Below, piece after piece: positions 53,839 through 64,000 of a stretch of 64,000 bases of DNA. The stretch's first letter is position 1, and every line of letters begins with the position of its first letter. Both the position numbers and the translations under genes were made by a program. This stretch comes from Spironucleus salmonicida (taxonomy: Eukaryota). The notes under the pieces were generated by a model that was not told the DNA's origin, did not search any database, and worked only from the letters and a program-made list of their open reading frames with translations. The stretch is taken from assembly GCF_000497125.1 (NCBI RefSeq), contig NC_090601.1:868001-932000 (forward strand). The letters are read 5' to 3'.

Positions 53839-54311
53839 ATCTAAAGAAGATTAATGCTAGGTATATTTATTAATATCATTGAAAACAGGCTCACATACGA
53901 GTTATAAAAGTGAATCTAATTTAATATATACGTTTTTACTACTAAGAAGATTAAGAATAAATTTTATATATGAAATTTTATTAGTACATATTTGAAAATT
54001 ATATTTAAATATTTTAGCGAGGACAACTTTAGTAATTTTTTAAACAAGCTATGTAGTTGTTGTAACAACTAATAAAGAATAATTGTAAATCAACAATGCT
54101 CCTATTTAAAATAAAATTCTTATAAGCTGTTATTTATTACGCAAATTTCCATTTTAAGAATATCATTATTATAATATATATACATATTTTATTGTAATAT
54201 AAAAATGGTACGAACCTTTAAATCACTGCAGATGTGTAGTTTATGAAAAGATAGATATAATAAGTATTTAAACAACAATTAAAAATAATAATCATACTTG
54301 AAATACCTGAA

Positions 54312-54920
54312 TCAGAATATAACTACTTATTTTGACGACTGTCTTCTTCCCATAGTTCCACCTTTAATTGGACTTTTAACAGCAGTATTATACTATCCTG
54401 GACCTGGTGTAACTTAAATCTTAGTAGGGCTATACTTATTTTTAATTGTTTGTTCTGCACTATTTTATTTAATTTATATATTATATTTTCCAGGTCCTGG
54501 CCCATTACTTTTCAAAACACTACTAGGCCTACTTTGCATTGTTCCACCTTTTATATGCTGAGTGTAAGATTATAAATTATATTAACCTGGCCCCGGAGAT
54601 TACTGAATTTTAGGAGGTGGGGACCTAAATGTCATAGATCCGCCTCTCTAGGGAATTCCTTCTCTAATGTTATATTTACCAGGACCAGGGCTTTCGCTTT
54701 TTTATTTTTAAATGTAACGACCAGAGATAATAGCACTTCCAAAACTTCTTAAAACTGGTTTAGGATAATATTGCCCAGGCCCTGGAGCCTGAGGGGGTAG
54801 GGCTTAATGCTACCTAGACGACATCACCGATGAAGGACCTTAAAATAAAGAACTTCGAATAGTATAATCTGCAGGTCCTGGCAAGGTTGCGAGTTCTGGC
54901 ATCACCACTTTATAATCCAT
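54312..54920 (-). CDS. SHIPPO/ODF3-type PGP-repeat axonemal protein (202 aa)
   Basis: Six PGP(A/G)xY repeats at about 30-aa spacing. Confidence 0.92.
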
Positions 54921-55036
54921 TTTTATTAAATTCTATAAGCAGAAAATTTATAATTTATAATATATTATTAATTTTTAAAAACAAACAAAAACTGAATCTA
55001 ATAGATGGTAACAGAAAATAAAATTTATCTTTCACA

Positions 55037-55426
55037 TCATAGAAATAATTCATCTATAAGTTAGCATCTCAGATATGATTTTTCTCTGATGATAGACCTT
55101 TATTCAGAGATATTTTACTCTCTATAAGCTCCAAGTTCTTATTTGTTTAAATTTAAAATAATATCATCATCTAAGTACTATCTACACAGATTATTTTGCG
55201 TGGATGAAAGTTACTTTTACTTGTTGATTAGCTCGGACAATCGTGAACTCCCAATAGATTTAGCGGGACAGCTATTGGTAAGGCCTTAGGAAGACTACAA
55301 AGTATCTCTGCTTGACATCAGTATTCTAAATGAGTCTAGCTCTTGCGGATACTCGCCCCTCATTGACTGCAGGTTCTAGCTACTACAGTATTATTTCAGA
55401 TTTGATAAATTTAATTTCAGCGCCAT
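55037..55426 (-). CDS. Hypothetical protein (129 aa)
   Basis: Open ATG..TGA in table 6, checked codon by codon. Confidence 0.6.
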
Positions 55427-55578
55427 TTTAATTCTAAAATTAATACATTATTATTTATCTAATTAAGAAGATTAATTAGTTTTTCCTTGTATTAAATTAT
55501 TCAATTTACAATATGTCTACCAACAATATAATTATCTAAATTTGCTCGTAAATTTTATATATATATAATAACTGAAAC

Positions 55579-55962
55579 TCAAAGAAACTGATCGACCTCA
55601 AAGTTCAAATCTGCCAATCCATCTTCTACCTATTTTGCATATTCCTCCTTAATATCTACAACTAGCCCATCCTCTAGTTTTTTCTGGAATAGGTCCCTCT
55701 TGACATCGGCCAAATTAAGTGGCTACATCCTCATTTTCTGCAGCGAACGATTGCGAAAATCAGGGCGCTGCATGGCAGCCTTAAAGAGCTTGGAAGCACC
55801 TTGCGAGTAGGAAAAGTATGGCTTTGGAATGATCGAGACTGACTCTATAAGATGCCTAGAGGACTTCATGGGTTTCTAAGCATTTTCGATCCGTTGCCTG
55901 AGCGCGATAACTGTGGGTTTAAACGCTGCATCGTCGTTTCTTAATAAAACGAGTGGCTTCAT
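55579..55962 (-). CDS. Hypothetical protein (127 aa)
   Basis: Open ATG..TGA in table 6; GC-elevated island. Confidence 0.62.
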
Positions 55963-56048
55963 TTAGAATGTTTTTTTAAAAATAATTACTTCTGATTACG
56001 ATATAATACTCTTATAATATTTAATCATGGCCTTTCCTAAAGTCCAGA

Positions 56049-57038
56049 ATGTAGCTCGACTGGTCAAACGAGCAGCTGACAGATGAGATGGTCATTTCCA
56101 AAATTGATGCTTTAATGCAGAACTCCGAAAATAACTAATCTATTACCTCGATAAACGTCTCTTGTAACGCCATTACCAACTTAAATTTTATTGACGTTCT
56201 CTAAAGCCATAATCTGGTTTCGAATCTAAGAATTCTTAACATCTCTTCAAACACCATAACTACGCTAAGATTGTCCCACTTGAGCACTCTGATGACTCTC
56301 GATTGCTCCAGAAACCCCGTACGCGACATCGAAATGCACCATCTTCAGTCCCTGAAGTCCATCGATCTCCGCAACTGCGAAATCGACGATATGTGCTTTA
56401 TCTAGCTCCTGTAATCCGGCTTAAGCCTCAGACACCTCAGGCTCTCAAAAAACCAAATCACAGATCTCGGAATTCAAGCCGTCATAAGAGACAAGAAGCT
56501 GGAAAAGCTCTTTCTAGAGACTCTAATGACCCTAGACCTAAAAGACAACAACACACAATATGCAAATCTGACGCAAATTCGCGATCTTCTAGAAGTGAAG
56601 CTCCCGAATCTCTCCAAAAACGCCCTAAACAAGCTACCGTCGCTGAACAACTCCCAAATCTCGTCCAGATCCGGCTCGATCAGGGAAAACGCCGAAACGC
56701 TTCTGGACAACATTTTCAACACATCCCAGAAAGGCGTTTTAAAGAAGAATTACCCGCAGGCGCTCGCTGCGGTAATGCTCGGAAACTCGCACGAATTGGT
56801 CCAAAAGGCGGCCGATTTGTGCCACGGAAATTGCATCAGCGGCCTCTGCGCGGCGCTTTACGTCGGCGTTCACGCGCAGCCCGATTTGGAGGAGCAAATC
56901 GCCTTCGGATTCGCGCGAAAAGTGAACACGATCTTCTGCAGGGACATCAAACCTGGCGTCGGAAAAACCTGCCGTGAAAGGTGCAAAATCGTGCTTGAAA
57001 TTAGCCAAAAAAAGATAGACGAGCAAAATGTGAAGTGA
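56049..57038 (+). CDS. Leucine-rich repeat protein (329 aa)
   Basis: ITSINVSCNAI, LRILNISSNTI, LMTLDCSRNPV, LKSIDLRNCEI, LRHLRLSKNQI, LMTLDLKDN; AAG TGA end. Confidence 0.9.
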
Positions 57039-59989
57039 AAAAATTTGGCATTATTATATAATAATAGATATATTTGAAAAAAAATGTGGAAGGGGGAAAT
57101 TATTGATATATTATGTATAATAATTATATTTTTTCGTTTTGTAAAAAAATGGAAGAATGCAGGAACGCGCCGCAGTTTTGGAAACTGGGTAGCGAATTGG
57201 CGCAAGATGCAGAGCGTTTCTGTTTGGAAATGGAAGAGGAAACGCCCAATTCGGATGTCGCTGCGGCGGTTCGGTGGCCTCAACGCTCGCTGCTGCATCA
57301 AATTGGCGTCTTCGCGGCTGCGTTTTCCTGTAAAGGAGGTTGGTGTCTGCGTTATTTATCGCTGGTGTTTAGAATCATTTTGTGCGTTTAAATCTGCGGC
57401 CAACGGCGTGAGGATCAGCGAATTTAAGCTCTGCAAAGATTGCTGTTCTTGTCGTTTGTGCCATCTGGCTCGCATTGCGGCACTTATTGGCCTAACGTTA
57501 TAGCTTGAGTTTGCAATATTTATGTGGTGAATCCAGGGGTTTTTCATGGGCTGTTGCTACCCTGTGCATCGGCGTATGGTAGGTATGGTATGTTTCAGGT
57601 TTATCTAGGGAATGCCGGATTAGAGGTTTCGCTTTTTTCGAGATATGGGAATTTGGCATTTCAAAGTTTCTATGTTACGACTGTCATGGGAAGTAGGATA
57701 TTGAACTTTTGTTGATTTTCGCTATTATCTTGCATTCGGCGCTTGAGGCGCAGGCCGTTTTAGCTTTTTAGTAAATTGCGTTATTATATCCTAAGAAAGT
57801 TTTATTTTTCAATTTTTAATACGAAAATTTCGGGCCTCTGATACGTCGTGCTGAAATTTGGAGGCACACGACTCGCAGAGCAGACAAGAAGTGTACCAAA
57901 GTTTTTGGAACTTAGTTACTGTTTTCTCCTAATCTTGGTCAGGGTTTTGTTTCCGTGCTTTGCCAAATGTTCACGAGTAGATAGTCACTACTGGTAAACT
58001 AATACGTCTTTATTTCCTATTTTCAAAATAATTTGATATTTCTATTCATTTCTTGATTTTTATCACTTTAACTGGTTAATCATGCATAATTTATTATTGT
58101 TATTCATTTTATAATAAAAACTATGAAAAAAACTAACTAAAAGTCTAGTTTAATAATTAAATTAACATTTCATATTTATATAAAAACAATAAAATATATA
58201 TACCATCAAGAATGCAGGCTAGGATGCGAAACATGTGTTCGATAATCCCTTGGAAAGAATTGCTTAAGTAGTTAGACAACATGAGTAAAGGCATAAAACA
58301 GTCATTTACAGTTTTTGAAATAACCATCGCAATAATTTTACTCGCATTTACGACCATAAAATGATGACAATAATTTCCAAAACTAAAAAATTACTGTTTA
58401 ATGTTTTTTCTTATGGTGAGTAATTATTATAAAATATCTTATCACAGAACATAATTCAAATCTACAATTTCATATAAGTCTATTGTAAAATAACCTCTTG
58501 AATTACAGGAAGCTCCACTATAAAATTTGATATTTAAGTAAGCGTAAGATAAGCTATTTTTAACAATTTTATAAATAAATTAGATTTAAAGTTCGAGAAT
58601 GAAAGAGAGTAATGAAAGAAAATTTATTATGAAAAATGCAAAATCATCAACGAATAACCTAAGCAATATTATATAAATTTAGAAAGAGAATACTTTTTCG
58701 GTGATTTTATCTGATAGATGAAAAGTAATATTTTCAATAATTATGATTTAATTATTTATTTTAAGGTAAGAGTGAAAATACAATAAATGTTATAAACTAA
58801 CTTCCTTATTATGTATAGTCGAAACATTTAACTACAAAACCTGATCTTTTTTAGTGGAGTGTATTGTTTGTAATTCTTTTTTATAATATACGGTTCTAGT
58901 TAATTTTTAATTCTATTCTTCAGTATCTACTTATTGAAAACTAATTCTTATGCTTTATTTTAAGTACTATAAGTATATAGACGTATTTTTCAGCCTTTGA
59001 CACGAGAATAAAATATTACTCAGTCAATGAACTAGCTGCTTGCTTAAATTTAGATAGTTTGAACATGTCATAAAAAATAATAAGAGGTTTAACACTTTGC
59101 TAACATTCACTCGTAAATTTCTCATTCATTTGGAAAAAAATCAAATATAGGTTATATCATTTATGTAACAAACAATATTCTTTTTTACTGATCTGTCATC
59201 TTTATTCACTGTTTACCTAGCCAAACTAACTATCACTTTAAATTACCACTATTTTTTATTATAATTACAAGGATCAATCTATATCAATCTTTTAATGGAT
59301 GTAAACCTAACAGAAATTTTTTAATATTTGTGATACGCTATTAGTCCGACATAAAGTTATCATAAACCCTATTCTATTACACCCTGAATTAAATATAAAG
59401 CATAATCTCCACAAAGTAATTCTATTATTAAAAACAAGATAAACCGGGTATTTACCTGTTTTTAGTCTATCATTATGTTTCATCCTAGCGGTTTGACTGA
59501 TTATACTGTCTTTTATCACTTCCTCTGCAATTTGAGTTAAAATGGTAAATAAGCTTGAAATTGAAGCGGACAAGCTTACCTGACGTCTATAATGTAAATA
59601 TGCACCTTCTCATACCATCAACCGATTAATATAGACGAATGCTTAATAAATTTGACCAATCATTTCTATCACTCTAAATAGCTAAAGCAATTGACCTCAA
59701 ATGCAGCATCCAACATTTAGCAATTGAAGTACTGGAAGCACAGTAACTCATGCATAATCTTATGTAATCATAATGCTTAAAAATTATCTGAAAGCAAGAT
59801 ACCTTACAAAGTTTCGACCTATTCTTAAAACCTCACTCATTTTGAAATACCTTATTTCAAGCTTAAGGAAGCCGTTCAAAATTCTACAATATGATATATA
59901 TGAAACGGTTAATATAAATAAGCAGTTATTTAGCCCACCAGTTTCCCCATGAAGCGACCTCAAGCAGTAGAACCAACAAACCCTCACTT

Positions 59990-62900
59990 TCACTCAAGAA
60001 TTATCACGTGGACGACGCCATCCTCGATGGCCACTATAACAGCTTTGAGTCGTGTGAACGTTTCCAGTAAGTTCTCTTTGGATTTTTAAATAATTGCAAA
60101 ACAATCCTCCTAAAACAATATTCTCTACCTTCTCGTAATAGACATTTAGTATTAATATTTTACTTTAAATATAAAAACTCTTTCATCAAATTATAGTAGC
60201 GCGCATGCTGCATCAAAAACTTCGTCTTCCTTCTTTTGCAGGAATTCGATATCGCGCTCGGAGAGTTTGCTTTTATACGTTTCGATTGCACTTTTGCACA
60301 AAATTTCGTATTACGATTCAGTGTATTCAACCTCAATTTCTGACTGACTGAAAGCTGGAGGATTGAACTGCTCATGATCGGTGGTGAGCTTGCAGACTAT
60401 TAACGTTTAATTTGCAGCATATACTGGGAACAGATGTAGGCGTGAAAAGTATGTGAAAATGTCAGCTTCGACCTCTTTGGTATCATTGATAGCCTAGTCG
60501 CTAAAGAAGGTTTTGTAAGTCACCTTGCTTTTGTCTGTACAAGAGTTTACTATTTAGACGAGCTCTTTAAGAATCAGTGGTGGGATCGTTTTGTGTTCTG
60601 TCCTAGAGGAATTCAGTAAATTTGGGACCCAGTCGTGAGTCTGTAGATGAATGCAGGTCCTGGCTTCTTCTACTTTCTCCTGAATATCACCTAACTGGCT
60701 AAACAGATATTTATACTCCTCAATAAACTAGTGCACGTCTATCTGGCAAGTGCCATCTTCTAGAATGCTGTCATCTGACTGAATGAACTTTTGAACTTTC
60801 TTAGATTATAAATATTTTAAGACCATATTCTAGTCTTTAAACGCGCCTTAGATAGCTTGACCTTCCTTTAAGACAACATAAACCTGCTTCTACGTGTGAT
60901 CCATGAATACGTTATTCAAGATAGTTTTTAGTTTTTCGTATGCATAGTCTTACACAGCGAAATATGTTCTTTCTTCCTTGACACGTAAATCAGTGTTCTC
61001 TTCTATAAGTTTATCTTACTACTTTTTCAGGGTTTGTTATTACGTTGCATCTTTGCATTTTTGCTTTTGTTTAGCTAAAGCCAATTGGCTTGCTTCATTC
61101 TCTTTGATAATTTCGCCCAGGTTTTTAGTTAGCGCGTAATATTCCTCCCTAGAGCCACTAAAGCCACCAATCTAACCTACTTTAGTCAGTAGTATATTTT
61201 ATTTTTGGATCTATTGTTCTGCACGTGTTTATTTCTTTTATGCTTACTTCACCATAGCAGTTACTTTTGCAACGGTCTCAGTTTTTGCGTTTTATTTAGA
61301 TTCCACATCTAAGAGTTAAGCTTTCAGCTTTTCCACATTCACAGTAGCCCTTTCAAGGTCAACATATACTTGCTCTTCCTCTTCCTTTAATAGCTTCTGA
61401 ACCTGCAATTCTCCTTCTTTTGTAATCTTCCGCCCTTGCTTGATTAGGTCAATTTATGCCGTACTTATCCCGGGCACATTGGTCGTTTGGAAGCATATGT
61501 TAACTCCAGCATCATTTGATTTATTGAAAACTGCCAAATTACCACGCGTACCTGAGTCTAGCAGAAAGTTAAGACTCTGAAATTGGCGTTCCTTGACTAA
61601 GTGCTACTGCACTGATAGCATATCATTGTACAGTAAGTTATTGGTGTTTTCTTCTATGGTTCCGAATAACGATATCAAGTAGTCTGGCATTGCAGGAGCG
61701 GGGTTGAAAAACAAATTTGAAATTTTAGTCTTATCAACAATAGTAACAATTGCTATTTTTTGATTGGGTTCTAGTAATTTCATTTCCAGTAGCGTAGCAT
61801 AGCAATTGGCTGCATTTGCTATTGCATGCTAAATATAGCTTTTCATGTTCCGCTTATCTGCTGACTGGAAGAATATGTCAAATGATTGTTGTAGAAACAT
61901 GAAAGTGGCACCCTAAAATAAAGTTTACAAATTTTCATAAATTGTTTTTAGGGGAGTGGTTATATCGTAGCTGGTGACATACACCGGGTTAAAGTATATT
62001 TCTAGAAACTGCTCATATTACTTAAGCTCCCTCATAAGCTTATTAAGTAGTAACATATTACTGTCGCTAACTATATTCAAATCAGCGCTTGTACTATCTT
62101 AAGATCCAGTGCAAGATAACTGCATAACAAGAAATATTGCCGCAGAGATTTCAGATATTTATTACTGTTTGAACAAACACAGCATCTGATCGATGCCACT
62201 TTTTTCTCTAGATTCTTTTGATATTACATCCGATTCTAAAAGTCTTAGATTTGTCAAGAATTATTAGCTCGCTAAGAAATTTAATACGAACACCACATCT
62301 CGATTTAGCGATGAGGAAGACGTGAGGTGTAAATGTTTATTAAATTCTGCAATTGACTACGGCTCTAACAATATCTCTTGGTCACTAGAATTTATGAGCT
62401 AGTTAGCTCCAACTAATTCCTCATCCCTCATTATGCACAATGAATTGTGAATTTACATATGAGAAGAAATCTAATGCAAAGGAATAGACTTTGAATTAAT
62501 AGTTAGCTAGAATTATTGTGTAGAATTAAAAAAGTACGCATTTGCACCCTCATTAATAATTATCTATGGGCACACCAAGGGACATAGGAACTGCAGCTCT
62601 GCGGCTAGCTCCGGTACCGTCGTAAGGTAGAAATCCTTGATGTCCATACCCTATACCTGCTTCTTTACGTATTGGATCATAGAATCGTCAGTGAGGGCTG
62701 CAATTTGCATACCTTGGTAGTAGCGTTAAGTCAAGCAGGAGGAGTGCATTTAGGAGGTGCCCAGTATATTAGATTCTGTAAATATGTTACTGCCACTACT
62801 ATTGTAAGAAGTGTAGTGAGATTAATTGTATCCAATGAAGTTTACAATCGATATATCCGTTCCAGCGGTCAGTAGGTGAACGGTATTCTTCGAGGTAAAG

Positions 62901-64000
62901 GGTACTTCTTCGTAAACATTCTTTTAAGGGAATGTTATCTTAACATCATATGTATTTTTGAAGAAATCTGTATACTGGTTTTCTGTATCAAACTATTCCC
63001 TAAAATATTCGTTTAATTTATATGTAACATCAATTGGTGTATTCAAGCTGGTAGTTCTATCGTGTTAATTAATAAAATAAGAAACATTAAGCCAGAATAT
63101 CGTCTCGACCCCACGCGGGTTGTACATCATAAGGAGGAACTAGTAGATTTTCTCTCTGAATACTTCCAGCGTACTTAATTTTCTAGCATCTAACATCATT
63201 TCCTAGAATTACTCCCTTACTATTTATGGCTATCTAAGGTTGATAAAATTGGGTGACGAAATGCCCATTAGATCAATAATTTTATAGGCTTTACAGTTTT
63301 TGAATAGTTCAGATGGTATTAGCGTCAGGAAGTATCGTTCAATCTCTGTAGGATCAAGAAGAATTGATTCTAGTTTTTTCTTTGCATATTCTAAGTATTA
63401 AGGAGTGTCATAGTAATCAATTTTCCTTACTATCAAACCATTTTAACGAATTTATAACCAGTCTAATAATTATATGAGATAATTAACTGATATATCATCT
63501 ATTTTGTTAAGTATTTCATCAATGCTCGATTTTGCCTTTTCCATAAATTTGACAACGAATTAATCTGTTATTCCCACTAGCGCGCTGGTGCACAATGCGT
63601 AGCTGGCTTTCTGCTAGGATAAACACTCATCGACTAAGAGAATGACTTCCTTATTGGAGTTATACGATTAAACACTAATTGACCGGGGCTGAGTTTTGTA
63701 TGCTCTATAAGAGGCTTTACGCTACTTCAATAGCTCAATTTATTACTCTATAGCTCTAATAACGTCTTTCTAGTTTTGTATGCTGTCTTCCTAATTTAGT
63801 GTACCTATTATTTTTTTAGCTGCTTTTAATTTATTTGCAGACGCCTAAATTTCATCATTTAAGAATTTTGTAGTTTATTCTAATTACTTGTTCTGATCAA
63901 ATTTAAAAAAATCAAGCAGGCCGGTCACAGAAAATTCACAAAATACTGACGTACCCTACAAATACAACTCAAACGCACCCTTAAGTTATTATTAGGCAGT
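59990..64000 (-). CDS. Very large hypothetical protein, 5'-partial (>1336 aa) with a coiled-coil segment
   Basis: Same frame is free of TGA in every block checked from the window end to GAG TGA at 59992-59990; no domain recognised. Confidence 0.78.

Noticed and set aside
57084-59900. Assorted short ORFs, including a CRLGCETC Cys-rich fragment near 58210
   Set aside because: No consistent long frame, and a single CxxC-type motif is not enough to call a cysteine-rich surface protein remnant.

Overview
This window is eukaryotic, gene-dense and apparently intron-free. It uses the non-standard nuclear code with TAA/TAG = Gln and TGA as the only stop (table 6), so the supplied ORF track cuts most genes into pieces. 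I re-translated the genes by hand, and all family calls come from motifs recognised by eye, with no database search. The code, short AT-rich intergenic spacers, C-rich boxes just upstream of ATGs and an AGTGA motif overlapping many stop codons point to a hexamitid diplomonad (Spironucleus/Hexamita-like; inference). Recognisable genes: FAM227-like and EF-hand proteins, alanine aminotransferase (two copies), a Maelstrom-like DEDDh nuclease, an Sm/LSm protein, a prominin-like 5-TM protein, a Myb/SANT protein, a phytol/farnesol-kinase-like enzyme, MATE- and AEC-family transporters, a HYLS1-like protein, a PH-domain protein, a Ras/Rap GTPase, a Tousled-like kinase, a degenerate kexin-like protein, and SHIPPO-repeat and LRR proteins. 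Three inverted duplications of differing divergence (about 3.5, 3.0 and 1.6 kb) and a 1.5-kb compound (TGAA)n-(TCAA)n satellite dominate the structure. The best leads are the Maelstrom-like nuclease, the inverted duplications that create truncated or read-through genes, an ALT copy lacking its substrate-binding Arg, and the satellite that begins at a stop codon. No rRNA, tRNA, CRISPR array or transposase was recognised.
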